The notes under the pieces are model-generated. The model was not told where the DNA came from. It did not search any database and was given only the letters and a program-made list of their open reading frames with translations. Position numbers and translations under genes: made by a program. From Granulicella sp. (GTDB taxonomy: Bacteria; Acidobacteriota; Terriglobia; Terriglobales; Acidobacteriaceae), in contig DAHWNL010000012.1 in NCBI GenBank assembly GCA_027339965.1, forward strand, positions 1 through 64,000: a stretch of DNA of 64,000 bases, in the 5' to 3' direction. Below, piece after piece: positions 41,040 through 51,362 of the stretch; the stretch's first letter is position 1; each line of letters opens with the position of its first letter.

Positions 41040-41213
41040 TTAGTCCAAGCCACAGGTGCTGCCAGGATCACACGCAGGCGAGACCACACCCGGGTGCGCG
41101 ACGAAGACCTTCGCCTGATTCGCACGGGCCATGGAAGCCGAGTACATGGAGGAGGCGCTGAAACCAGCGAGGGCGAGGGCGACGACGAATGCACGGATGG
41201 CGAGGGTCTTCAT
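41040..41213 (-). CDS. Unannotated 57-aa secreted peptide with C-terminal Cys-x5-Cys
   Basis: SD AAGGAG; MKTLAIRAFVVALALAGFSASSMYSASMARANQAKVFVAHPGVVSPACDPGSTCGLD*. Confidence 0.8.
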   Translation of the reverse strand: MKTLAIRAFVVALALAGFSASSMYSASMARANQAKVFVAHPGVVSPACDPGSTCGLD

Positions 41214-41240
41214 ATGCGTATTTCTCCTTGGCGGTATCGT

Positions 41241-41397
41241 TTATTACTAGATCTCTAAAATTTTTCTCTGGACAACCCAGATGTAACCAACATAGACTGG
41301 TAAAATTAAGAAGTCTATTCATATCAACTACATAACTAATTACTATTTAGTAAATATTACTAAAGTAATTAAGAAAATTAATTGAGTTACTGTTACT
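41241..41397. promoter_or_regulatory. Very AT-rich regulatory region with inverted repeats
   Basis: TTTAGTAA-ATA-TTACTAAA (41346-41364), ATAGACT-N13-AGTCTAT (41292-41318), several TTACT/AGTAA half-sites. Confidence 0.7.
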
Positions 41398-41698
41398 GCT
41401 CGTGGCTCCGGCCCACCCTCCTCAACAAAGTTCCTCGATCCCAGCGCCCCAACTCCTGCGCGCCATCCGCTGCTCCTAACCCATCCGCTGCACACGGATT
41501 CAAGCCACCGACCCTGCTCCCTCTCTACGCATGCCGCTGCACACCCCACCTCGAATCGCCAGCCCCCGCGCATGGATCGGCTCTTCTCCGCATCCGCCCA
41601 TCCCAAAACGGGAGGCCCCGGATCGCGAGGCCCAGAGGCTCGAATTCAAACATCGCGAATCTCACGATCATGTATCCCAAAAGCAGGAGCCTTAAGCG

Positions 41699-44683
41699 AT
41701 GGCCAGGATTCCGCCCAGCTACTCCCCGGCCTCCAGCTCCTCGGAGCGCAGCGACCGCGAGCTGCTCGCTCGCATCCAACGCTCTGCCGGCGGCAAGGCC
41801 GGGTACAAGCAACTCATCCGCGAGCTCGGACTCGGGGGTGGCCGGGAGCGGCGGCTCTTGCTGGAGCAGCTTGCCCGCCTGGTGGCGCGCGGTGAACTCA
41901 CCTTTTCAGACGACCGAATGTGGTCGATTCCTCCACCAGAGACAACCGCTCCTCCAACCACTGAAGATCTGCCGCCCACCAGCCAAAGCCGCTCAGAGAC
42001 AGCCGGGGCAGCAGGCCGCTCCGGCCGCGACCGGCTGCTGACCGGACGCCTGGATCTGCACCGCGAGGGCTACGGCTTCGTCCGCCCAAACCGCGGTCCA
42101 AGCCGCGGCCCAGCCGGTGCCATCGCCGAAGACCTCTTTATCCCTCCTCACGCCCTCAACGGCGCCATGCAGGGCGACCTGGTTCTGGTCGAGCAGGAGC
42201 TCGCCGGCCGCAGCGTTGGCCGCATTCTGCGCGTGCTCACCCGGCAGAACCCCACCATCGTCGGCGTGTTTCACTCCCAAGACCGCGACCGTTCACGGCG
42301 CTTGCCGCGCCAGGAACCACTGCACAGCGACTTCGTCACCCCATGGGATGAGCGCATGGGCGGACCCATTCTCATCACAGCCGGCGACGCCATCCCTCCA
42401 GCCGCCTCAAACGCAATCTCCGGCAACCGCGCCTCGCCTCACCGCCTCCTCGGCGAGCCGGCGCGCCAGGAGCTTGCCGCCGCTCGCGGGACAGACCGGC
42501 TGCACCCCCTGGAGGGTTTGGTGGTGGACGTCGAGATCCTCAGCTTCCCCACCCTCGGCCGGCCGGCGCGGGGACGCGTCATCGAGGTGCTCGGTCCGCC
42601 GGACGGCTTCGGCGTCGATGTGGAGATCGTGATCCGGAAACACCAGATCCCCCACAGGTTTCCAACGCTGGTGCTGGAGGAGGCTGAGGACCGGGCGCTG
42701 GAGCAGGCTGCTGCGCTGGATCCGCTCGCTCCGCCGGATCCAACCGCTACGCCGGGCCCTGCGCCGCTCCACGCCCGGGAGGACTTTCGCGCTCTGCCCA
42801 TCGTCACCATCGACGTCGAGAGCGCCCGCGACTTCGATGATGCGGTGCTCGTGCGCCGCCTACCCAACGGAAACGATGAGTTGCAGGTGCATATTGCCGA
42901 TGTGAGCTGGTACGTCCGGTCAGGTTCCGCGCTGGATACCGAGGCCAGGTTCCGTGGAACCAGCGTCTACTTCCCGGATCGCGCCATTCCCATGTTGCCC
43001 CATGCACTCTCCAGCGGCATCTGCAGCCTGCTCCCCGGCCAGGACAGGCTGGTGCTGAGCTGCATCATGGAGATCGATTCGGAGGGTGAGATTGCCGGCT
43101 ATCGACTGGCCGAAGGCATCATCCGCAGCCGGCGGCGGATGACCTACACCAGCGTGCAGCACTGCCTGAACGCCGCCAACCATCTGGACCAGATCCATCC
43201 GGACCAGCGGGACGCCTCTTCGCCACAGCGAAGACCCGCCACGCCAGGATCCGCGTCTGACGCCGGCTCCGGCGAGGCCCAGCCTGGCACTCCTCCGCCG
43301 AGTGCAGAAGATATCGCTGAGCGCGAACGGATCGGCCTTGAGCATCCCGAGCTTCCATCCGCCTTCGATGCGATGCTTCGCCTGGCGCTGCGGCTGAACG
43401 CCAAGCGGGTACGGCGCGGCTCCATCGACTTCGATCTGCCGGAGCCGGTCGTGGAGTTTGACCCCGATGGCAACATGAAGGCGATTGTGCGCTCGGAGCG
43501 CGGGTGGGCGCACCGCCTGATCGAAGAGTTCATGCTCTCCGCCAACGAGTGTGTGGCCCACTGGCTGGAGGGCCGGGGACTGAACCGCCCCGGCGTACCC
43601 TCCCTCTATCGCATCCATGAGACGCCGGACCCCAAAAAGATCGTCGAATTCGAGGAGACAGCCGCGGCGTTCGGGCACTCTCTGGGCATTGGCAGCCTGC
43701 CCGTGCGGACGGTCACCCTGAAGGCGGATCGCAGGGAGCTGCGCCAGCGCGCTGCCCAGGGGAGGAACTCCGCAAGGCCCCACACCTACGAGATCCCCGC
43801 GAGCATTCCCGTCACCCCGCAGATGTACCAGGATCTGCTCCGCCGCATCCGCGCAACGCCGGAGGAGCGCATCCTCTCTTACCTGATGCTGCGCTCGCTG
43901 AAACAGGCGCGCTATGCGGAGAAGAATCAAGGTCACTTCGCCCTGGCCTCGCCCTGCTATACGCACTTCACCTCACCCATACGGCGCTATCCGGATCTTG
44001 TGGTGCACCGGCTGGTGCGCGCGATGCTCCGCCAGGGAACGGACCCGCGCGGAGCTCCGATTCGCAGCGACGACTTGCAGCCATGGCAAGCGGCGTGGAA
44101 AGCACGAACCAGCGCCACTCCGGCTGCCCGCGCCTCCATGCGAGAGCAGACCAACGCTCAGATCCAGCTGGCCCCCGGACCCATCGCCGCCGAAGAGCTG
44201 AACGACATCGCCATCGAAAGCTCGCAGGCTGAGCGCCGAGCCGCCGAAGCGGAGCGCGAGCTGATCGAGTGGAAGAAGATGAAGTTCATGGCCGATAAGA
44301 TCGGCGATGACTTCCCAGCCGTCATCCTCTCCGTAACCCGGCATGGCTTCTTCGTGGAGCTTGACGGCCTGTTCATCGAGGGGATGGTTCCGATCGGATC
44401 TCTGACCGGCGACCATTACACCTATCGTGATACGGATCGCACCATTGTGGGAGCGCGCACCGGCCATGTCTTCACCATCGGCCAGCCTGTGCAGGTGCTG
44501 CTGGATCGCATCGATCGCCAGCAGCGCCGTCTGCAGTTTGCGCTGTTGCCCGGAACAGAGCCAGGGGTGCTGACCGCCGCGCAGGGACGCGGCGGCAAGA
44601 GCGAGGCAAAGAAGGCCAAGGCGAAGGAAAAGACCAACGCCGGAAGGACCGGAGCCAAGGCAAAACGGCGCAAAGCCCGTTGA
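41699..44683 (+). CDS. rnr: Ribonuclease R (RNB domain exoribonuclease)
   Basis: N-terminal HTH, GYGFV cold-shock domain, TIDVESARDFDDA, HIADVS, LIEEFML, YTHFTSPIRRYPDL, S1 domain, Lys-rich tail. Confidence 0.94.
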   Translation: MARIPPSYSPASSSSERSDRELLARIQRSAGGKAGYKQLIRELGLGGGRERRLLLEQLARLVARGELTFSDDRMWSIPPPETTAPPTTEDLPPTSQSRSETAGAAGRSGRDRLLTGRLDLHREGYGFVRPNRGPSRGPAGAIAEDLFIPPHALNGAMQGDLVLVEQELAGRSVGRILRVLTRQNPTIVGVFHSQDRDRSRRLPRQEPLHSDFVTPWDERMGGPILITAGDAIPPAASNAISGNRASPHRLLGEPARQELAAARGTDRLHPLEGLVVDVEILSFPTLGRPARGRVIEVLGPPDGFGVDVEIVIRKHQIPHRFPTLVLEEAEDRALEQAAALDPLAPPDPTATPGPAPLHAREDFRALPIVTIDVESARDFDDAVLVRRLPNGNDELQVHIADVSWYVRSGSALDTEARFRGTSVYFPDRAIPMLPHALSSGICSLLPGQDRLVLSCIMEIDSEGEIAGYRLAEGIIRSRRRMTYTSVQHCLNAANHLDQIHPDQRDASSPQRRPATPGSASDAGSGEAQPGTPPPSAEDIAERERIGLEHPELPSAFDAMLRLALRLNAKRVRRGSIDFDLPEPVVEFDPDGNMKAIVRSERGWAHRLIEEFMLSANECVAHWLEGRGLNRPGVPSLYRIHETPDPKKIVEFEETAAAFGHSLGIGSLPVRTVTLKADRRELRQRAAQGRNSARPHTYEIPASIPVTPQMYQDLLRRIRATPEERILSYLMLRSLKQARYAEKNQGHFALASPCYTHFTSPIRRYPDLVVHRLVRAMLRQGTDPRGAPIRSDDLQPWQAAWKARTSATPAARASMREQTNAQIQLAPGPIAAEELNDIAIESSQAERRAAEAERELIEWKKMKFMADKIGDDFPAVILSVTRHGFFVELDGLFIEGMVPIGSLTGDHYTYRDTDRTIVGARTGHVFTIGQPVQVLLDRIDRQQRRLQFALLPGTEPGVLTAAQGRGGKSEAKKAKAKEKTNAGRTGAKAKRRKAR

Positions 44684-44848
44684 GTCGCCCGGGAAAGATT
44701 CCTTGCAGGCTGCACAGCATCTCTTCGCCTCGCCCATTTACTTCCTGAAAAACTTTTGCGGGAGAACCTTGGCCCGCCTGCGTGCCGCGCAAGTCTCTGC
44801 ATGGCGCAACCGCGTGGTCTGCATCCCCCCGGAGCATGGTGAGCCGAT

Positions 44849-47719
44849 CTAAAAACTGAACTTGCAGCGCAGGGTTACGGTACGGTTGGCGGAGGTGCTC
44901 ACGCCACTTACCGAGAGAGGCGAATTCAGCGAGATCGACTGCCCGAAGTAGGGTGAGCTAAGAACGCCCACCGGAGTTCCCGGGTTGTTACGGTTCAGAA
45001 GATTGTAGGCGTCCACCCCAAAGCTCAAACTGTAAGGACGGTCTGGCCTCTTCGCCGAACCCTTTCCGCCCGAACCATGGGCCGGCCGAGGACCGATCTT
45101 GAACTCCTTTTCCAGATGAGCCTCCAGAAAGAAGAAGTTCGGCGAGTTTCCATAGTTGATCGGTATCGTCTTCTCTCCCGGCTGCGGGTTCGCATCAAAG
45201 TTTCCGAAGGGAGTTCGGTAGAGGATTGAGTTTGCCGTCGGGCTGGTGGAAAACGCAGGACGATCGTTATAGATCGTGTCTCCATTCAGATCGGTGCCCG
45301 TGGTGATGTTGAAGGGAGTGCCGCCTGCCACATTGGCGAAGAGAAATCCGCTGAAACCAAGCGGAAACTTCATATTGACGTCCGCAAAGGTCTGCTGCGT
45401 CGGCTGAGCCGCGCGGCCATAATCCTGGGTCAGATCGTACTGATTGGAGGGAAAGGTCGTTGCGCCTCCAACATCCTGATCAACATGATTGAAGCTGTAG
45501 GCCACAAACCCGTTGATGCGCTTGCTGAACTGGAACTGGGAGTTCACGAAGAGAATCTCCGCTTTCTGGATTCCGCCAGAATCAAACTGATAGATGTTCT
45601 GCGTGCCCCCCAACGGTCGAACGCCACTGGAGGGATCGGCAGGATTGTAGGTTCCGGGTAGTGGCGCGTTGATGTTGCGCGAGAGCCATTGATGAACCCC
45701 GCGCATGAAGTAGTATTCCACCGAGAGGCTCCCGATCTTGCCCAGAGAGCGCTCCGCCGTCAGCCCGCCGACGATGTCGTACTCATTGCGCAGATGCGGG
45801 TTGATGTTGTACAGCGTCGGCGGCGTGGTTCCCAGCAGCGACGCCGGCGGCGGCGTGTTCAAGTACTGCTGATAGAAGTTTGGGTTCTCGACGTAGTAGG
45901 AGGTCTGGTAGGTTCCGCTCTGTTCACGGATCGCCGTCAGGATGTTGGCGGAGTCAAACCGGTCATAGAAGAAACCGCCCCCGCCGCGCAGCATCAGCAG
46001 CGCGTGGCGGTGGTTGTTCTGTCCCACGGCCCAGGCGAACCCCATCCGCGGCGCCGGATCAGCGTGGTCCGGAACCGCCGACTGGCTCTCGAAGCGAAAC
46101 CCCAAGTCCACAGTCATATTCCTGCGAATCTTCCACTCGTCCTCCGCAAAGACGCCCAGATCGCCCATCAGCAGCGACGCCTCCGCTTTCCCGGTCGTGA
46201 GGTTGTATTGGATCGTCTCGCCCGTGCCGGCGAAGATCTGCGCGGGAGTTTCGCCCTGCAGCGCCAGCGCGTAGGCCTTCTCATCCGGAAACATGTACAG
46301 ACCGTTATAACCCGTACGGTCTTCATTGGAACGATCCAGCAGGCGATACCGTCCCCCGAAACGCAGATAGTGCGCTCCGTGTTGACTCGTGAGAAGCTCC
46401 TGGAACTCGTAGCGATCTTGATTGTCCACCAGCTCCTGCGCCGGCGATCCACCGGCATTGAACAGTCCCTGGGCCACGATCGAAGCCTCCGTGCTGGCCG
46501 GCGACTGGTTCTCATGCACGCGGGCGAACTGAAAGTGCGCTTCGGAGATGGTGGAGACACCGATGATCTGCGTATCGATGAGCTGCAAGGTGTTGGTGCT
46601 CGTTGTGGAGTTCAACCCCTCGGATGGAAGCACCAGCAATCCGACTCCGCTATTGGTCACCGTCACTGCGTTGTACTCATAGCGGCCCATGAAGGTGTTG
46701 TTCTTCGTCACTCGACGATTGATCTGTCCACTGTAGGTCTGCGTCACGCTCGGCGAACGAACGGCCTCATCCAAAGGCGTGAGAAGCTCCGGATTGATGG
46801 CGTCCACAATCGCGTTGTTCTGCAGATCGTAGTACGCCCCACTGAGAAAGAAGGACGTGTTCCTATTCATCGAGCCGCTGAGGTTCGCATCCAGATTCAC
46901 CGTGTAGTACGGCGGCTCTACCGTTGTGTACGGGTTCTGGGCGTTGAACACATTGTCCGTACCCCAACTGCTCAGCTCTCCGTGCAACTTGCCGCCTCCG
47001 GGCTTGGTGTCAATCTCCACCCTCCCGAAGCCCAGCGAATCGTACTCGGCCGAGTATGGGTTCTGATTGATTCGAATCTCCTGGATCGTGTTCTTGGGTG
47101 GAAAACGACCGTTCGAAAAGCCGTTCACCAGAATCTCCGGAGCTCTCAATCCCTCCCCGCCCGCCAGCGCCTTGATCTCCTGTTGAAACACATCCTCATC
47201 GTCGGAGAACCCGTTCAACTGGCTCCCCTTGAATCGAAGCGCACTCATGTTATCGGTGGCAGCGGTGCTCTCTGCCCTTTGGGCCGGAACCGTGATCTCC
47301 TCGGCTCGCGTGGCAATCTCCAGACGAACATGGATGCCGGCGGCCGGCGACCCCTTGCTCAACTTGATGCCGGCCTTGTACTCCCGGAAGCCGGGCGCTT
47401 CGATGGCGATGCGATAGACCCCGAGGGGAAGAGCCAGATCGAACTCGCCGATTCCATTCGTCCTCACCTCGCGATGCAGGGTTCGGCCAGAGACGCGGAC
47501 CCTGGCGTGAGCAATCTTGGCGCCGGAAGGGTCTGCAACGCTTCCTCTCACGTGGCCGACGAACGCGCTTCCTTGCGCGTCGACAAAGTCCCACGGCCCT
47601 GCGCCGGCGCCGTTCCCCGCCACCGTTGCATAGCATTCTCCAGGGAATACCGCCCAGCCAATGAACAGCGCACAACCGGCCCACCAGAGGTTCCTCATCC
47701 AGAACCAGCGAAAGATCAC
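44849..47719 (-). CDS. TonB-dependent receptor-like outer-membrane beta-barrel with carboxypeptidase regulatory-like domain
   Basis: GSVADPSGAKI, EIRINQNPYSAEYD..GRVEIDTKPG, amphipathic strands, terminal Phe. Confidence 0.88.
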   Translation of the reverse strand: MIFRWFWMRNLWWAGCALFIGWAVFPGECYATVAGNGAGAGPWDFVDAQGSAFVGHVRGSVADPSGAKIAHARVRVSGRTLHREVRTNGIGEFDLALPLGVYRIAIEAPGFREYKAGIKLSKGSPAAGIHVRLEIATRAEEITVPAQRAESTAATDNMSALRFKGSQLNGFSDDEDVFQQEIKALAGGEGLRAPEILVNGFSNGRFPPKNTIQEIRINQNPYSAEYDSLGFGRVEIDTKPGGGKLHGELSSWGTDNVFNAQNPYTTVEPPYYTVNLDANLSGSMNRNTSFFLSGAYYDLQNNAIVDAINPELLTPLDEAVRSPSVTQTYSGQINRRVTKNNTFMGRYEYNAVTVTNSGVGLLVLPSEGLNSTTSTNTLQLIDTQIIGVSTISEAHFQFARVHENQSPASTEASIVAQGLFNAGGSPAQELVDNQDRYEFQELLTSQHGAHYLRFGGRYRLLDRSNEDRTGYNGLYMFPDEKAYALALQGETPAQIFAGTGETIQYNLTTGKAEASLLMGDLGVFAEDEWKIRRNMTVDLGFRFESQSAVPDHADPAPRMGFAWAVGQNNHRHALLMLRGGGGFFYDRFDSANILTAIREQSGTYQTSYYVENPNFYQQYLNTPPPASLLGTTPPTLYNINPHLRNEYDIVGGLTAERSLGKIGSLSVEYYFMRGVHQWLSRNINAPLPGTYNPADPSSGVRPLGGTQNIYQFDSGGIQKAEILFVNSQFQFSKRINGFVAYSFNHVDQDVGGATTFPSNQYDLTQDYGRAAQPTQQTFADVNMKFPLGFSGFLFANVAGGTPFNITTGTDLNGDTIYNDRPAFSTSPTANSILYRTPFGNFDANPQPGEKTIPINYGNSPNFFFLEAHLEKEFKIGPRPAHGSGGKGSAKRPDRPYSLSFGVDAYNLLNRNNPGTPVGVLSSPYFGQSISLNSPLSVSGVSTSANRTVTLRCKFSF

Positions 47720-48097
47720 GTCAAGTTCTACCCATTGAAGAGATAACTTGGGAGTGTCAGAAATTTACCGCAGAATTTTCGCGCGATGAATCTTGAATTC
47801 GTATTTCTCTTGAGATGATATCGCACCCTCTATCGAGAATCCTCCCCCATCTCATCGCCGCTCCGCTGCCTCATCGCCTCCGTCAGGCTGAAGGCAAGCG
47901 GTTGCGCTTTTGATACAGACGCGCGGCGATTCGCCAGCCTCCGCTCGTGGGCCGGCGCGTGGGCCGGCGGCGCGGATCCTCAAAACAAGCGAACTTCCGG
48001 CTTGCGCCAAGAGAGGAAGCGCTGCGGCCCGCGCTACTACGGCGCCGGACTCAACGGAAGTCCTGTTCACGTCCATCGCTGAGCAAAGGGCCATGCT

Positions 48098-49819
48098 TCA
48101 GTGCTTCAACTGATCTGCGCTTGGCTGTTGTCCCATGCTGGTTCTCAGCGCCCGGGGAGGGATGGGTCGGCGGGCTCTACGCCGGATCCCTTGCCGGCGC
48201 TGAGTGGAAGGATCCAACCGATAGAGAATCAACAGATTGCGGTCTGGATCATCATAGGCGGCAAAGCCGGCCACTCGCTTCATCTGGTAAAGCAGCGCAA
48301 GAGCATCGGCCTTATCGTCATCCACCGCGTTCCAGGCCGCGTACCATCCGGGACGATAGCTTTTCACCCGCTTGTCCAGAAGGTACGTTCCGAAGTCGTC
48401 ATCGATGGAGGGCAATCCCGTCATCAGGGTTAGATCCGATCCTGAGATGGACAGGATCAGATGAGAGTGGGTCTTGTCCGCCAGAACCAGCCGCTTGATC
48501 CCCTGGGCAGCCGCCTCAAACTGATAGGTGGGATGCAGCACAAAGCCAATCTGCTGCGCCGCATCCGGGACTGCAATGGCCAATACCAGCGCCGCCGTCA
48601 GCACCGATGCGGTGGCTGTGGCGAATCTTCTTCGACAGCGACGAAGGCTGTCCAGGCCCATGGCAACCTCCATGGTCATCGGCACGGCTAGCACCAGATA
48701 ATAACGAGGCTGCAGATTGTTGTGATAGGCAAGGAAAGAGTAGTATCCGGCGATCCAGAGCAGCAGGGAGGGGAGCAAGGGATTGGCCAGCAGCCGAGGC
48801 CGCCGGAAGAAGATCAGGGCGGCCACCGCAAAGAAGGTTCCGTAGAGCAGCATTCCCATCCATGTTCCATCCGTGATGGTGTTCAGGATGACGCTAGAGA
48901 CTGGTTCAAGATCAATTCCTGTGTAAGCATTTGCCGAAAACAGATACTGGTAATCCGCAAGATAATGCGGGCGAACCAACAGAAAGAAGTACGCGCACCA
49001 CAGCCCGGCGCCTCCCACGGCGGGCGGCAGCGCAAGCCGCAGCGCCGGGCGAAGACGATAACCCGCCCGCGCCCAGATCATGTAAAAGATCGCCGGCAGC
49101 AGAAACAGCCCCGTCGTCTTGGTCAGCACGATCGCCGGCAGCAGAACCATCAGCAGAAGCGCCGCGCCTGTGCCAACAAGCTTTCTCCCCTCCAGACGCA
49201 CCGGCTCCAGCATGGAGGCCGCCAGCAATCCCAGCGCGGTCAGGGCAATCAGCAACGGCTCCAGAATGGCCATGCGCTCAAACACATAGACAAAAGGGTT
49301 GGTGCAGAGCAGAAAGATCGCGATCGGTCCAGCCAAAGAGTGGCCATCTGCGCTCACGCCTGTGCCTTTGTGCCCTTCCATCAACCGATAGACGATGACC
49401 AGCGTCGCCCCGAAGACACACACAGTCAGCGCTCGAGCCGCGGCCAGCGAAACTCCCGTCACTTTAAAGAGCAGCCACTCCAAGACGGGCCATACCGGCA
49501 ATGCCACAGCCGGATTGAAGTCACCCTTCCAGTACCAATGACCCGTAACATAGTGCCTGATCGCAGCGTCCCCGTACCAGCCCTCGTCGGTGTACTTCGA
49601 CCAATCCATCCAAGGCGAGTTATTCGGGAAGTCTGCGGTCAGATGCAGAAAGTGCAGGCAAAAGAAGATAGCTGCAAGGCCAAGCAGCAGAATCTTTGCG
49701 AGCCTCGCCGCTTTCCATCCAGCGCTGCTCCAACCGCTCCACTGCTGCGCCCACCGATTCTTCCTGAAAAGCCTTGGGATCTTTCCCCCGACAGCGGACG
49801 GATTGGAGGTCGACGACAT
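48098..49819 (-). CDS. GT-C fold (ArnT/PMT, family 39-like) glycosyltransferase
   Basis: TDEGWY loop motif after TM1, PVWP, ERMAILEP, LTKTT, QPRYYL; many TM helices. Confidence 0.82.
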   Translation of the reverse strand: MSSTSNPSAVGGKIPRLFRKNRWAQQWSGWSSAGWKAARLAKILLLGLAAIFFCLHFLHLTADFPNNSPWMDWSKYTDEGWYGDAAIRHYVTGHWYWKGDFNPAVALPVWPVLEWLLFKVTGVSLAAARALTVCVFGATLVIVYRLMEGHKGTGVSADGHSLAGPIAIFLLCTNPFVYVFERMAILEPLLIALTALGLLAASMLEPVRLEGRKLVGTGAALLLMVLLPAIVLTKTTGLFLLPAIFYMIWARAGYRLRPALRLALPPAVGGAGLWCAYFFLLVRPHYLADYQYLFSANAYTGIDLEPVSSVILNTITDGTWMGMLLYGTFFAVAALIFFRRPRLLANPLLPSLLLWIAGYYSFLAYHNNLQPRYYLVLAVPMTMEVAMGLDSLRRCRRRFATATASVLTAALVLAIAVPDAAQQIGFVLHPTYQFEAAAQGIKRLVLADKTHSHLILSISGSDLTLMTGLPSIDDDFGTYLLDKRVKSYRPGWYAAWNAVDDDKADALALLYQMKRVAGFAAYDDPDRNLLILYRLDPSTQRRQGIRRRARRPIPPRALRTSMGQQPSADQLKH

Positions 49820-50146
49820 GGTGGATTTGGCCAGCTTCGGGACCTCGACGAGAATCTCTCCCCTTGACAGCGACTGCGATCATGCCCGGCATCACCCGAG
49901 CGGCGCTCTCGACTTCGAGGGACTGCGCCTTGGAACCCTTATTATAGGGAATCAACCCGCTGGACTCACGCCGATCTCGGCAAGGCGCTGCCCCGGCTAC
50001 TGGGTTTTACCGCCGAATAGGCAGCCGCGCTCAGCAGAGCGTCGCCCCGTCCAAGCATGCGATGCAGCCCTGACCTCCGGCGCTCGCCATGGTGCATTCA
50101 GGATCCGGCGCCGTGGACTCATCAGCGAACGATCCGTTCGGAAATC

Positions 50147-51256
50147 CTACTCATACGCCAAGGCATCGATCGGATCCTTGCGCGCCGCCTTCAGGGCCGG
50201 ATACAAAGCGCCCAGGAAGGCTCCGCCCAAAGCGATGGCGATCGCATTCAACACCCAATGCGGCGTGATCTGAAAGCTCAGCGTCGGGAAGCGCGCGCGC
50301 AACAGATCGCGCAGAATATAGGTAGACGCCACACCCAGAGCGGTTCCCGCAATCGCCAGCAATAGTGTCTCCCGCAAGACCACGGAGACAATCGTCAGCC
50401 GCCCGGCTCCCATGGACTTCAAAATGCCGATCTCCCGGGTACGCTCCAGAACAGCTGTGTACATCGATTGAAAGATCACCAGAAACCCGATGATCGTAGC
50501 AATACAGATCACCACGTTCAGCGCAATATTGAATCCAGGCAGATGCGCAGGCGTCAGCAGGGAGAGAAATTCCTGTATCGTCTGCACGCTCCAGTCCTGG
50601 AGCCCGTCGGTGGAGAGAATCTCCTGGCGCACCGCCGCCTGATACGCGGGAGGATCTTCGGTTCGGACATAAAACGCCGAGGCCTTGCCAGGATTGTTGT
50701 CGATCTCATCCATCGTGGTGAGCGGTATGTACTGACGCGCGCCCTTCCCATGTTCCACAATGCCGCAGACCGTGAAGGTGTGATTCAACTCCTTCACCCT
50801 ATCCCCTACTTTCAATCCCTTCCCTGACTGGGCCTGCAGGTCATCCACGATCAGATCGAAGGTTTGCCGGAACGGACCGCCGCTGAGAAACACGAAAGGG
50901 CGCAAGGCATTGTAGCTCTTGAAGTCGATCCCATAGATGTTCTGAGGCGAGCTTCCGGCAACGCTGAACTTGATGTTCACCGGCGCCACCACCTGCACAT
51001 GGGGCAGAGCCTCCAGCACCTTGGCGATACGCACATCGGCGGAGGCCGAACTGGTCATCATGATGGCGGTGGCAGCGCCGGGATGCACGATCATGTCCAT
51101 CCCGATGCCGGTGGTCTCCGATCGGCTTCCGTTGACCATCCCATAGAAGAGCGCCACGACGGACAGAATCATGATCACCTCGATGGCGACAGCGAGGGCG
51201 CTGATCACAGAACGCAAGGGACGATGCACGAGATTGCCGAGAATCAATTTCGTCAT
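50147..51256 (-). CDS. ABC transporter permease (MacB/FtsX family)
   Basis: ERTREIGILKSMGA; YPALKAARKDPIDALAYE; large periplasmic domain. Confidence 0.92.
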   Translation of the reverse strand: MTKLILGNLVHRPLRSVISALAVAIEVIMILSVVALFYGMVNGSRSETTGIGMDMIVHPGAATAIMMTSSASADVRIAKVLEALPHVQVVAPVNIKFSVAGSSPQNIYGIDFKSYNALRPFVFLSGGPFRQTFDLIVDDLQAQSGKGLKVGDRVKELNHTFTVCGIVEHGKGARQYIPLTTMDEIDNNPGKASAFYVRTEDPPAYQAAVRQEILSTDGLQDWSVQTIQEFLSLLTPAHLPGFNIALNVVICIATIIGFLVIFQSMYTAVLERTREIGILKSMGAGRLTIVSVVLRETLLLAIAGTALGVASTYILRDLLRARFPTLSFQITPHWVLNAIAIALGGAFLGALYPALKAARKDPIDALAYE

Positions 51257-51362
51257 GACTTAGAGAGGCATTTCCTGGTTCTGAAGGCAGCTTTCATAGT
51301 AGCGCACCAGGGGGACATTTCTAATGGGCTATGACATATGCAGTTGGGCAGAGTAGCCACGG

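Noticed and set aside
41003..41322. Track ORFs 41003-41194 and 41068-41322
   Set aside because: Alternative frames overlapping the 57-aa peptide ORF, which has the SD, signal peptide and typical codon usage
44849..47719. Outer-membrane barrel as the porin of an electron conduit
   Set aside because: It has TonB-receptor/carboxypeptidase-domain features, lies ~30 kb from the cytochromes, and has no Crp box or adjacent multiheme gene
47852..48094. 80-aa ORF downstream of the GT-C gene
   Set aside because: Low-complexity Ala/Arg/Gly sequence with no motif; cannot be supported
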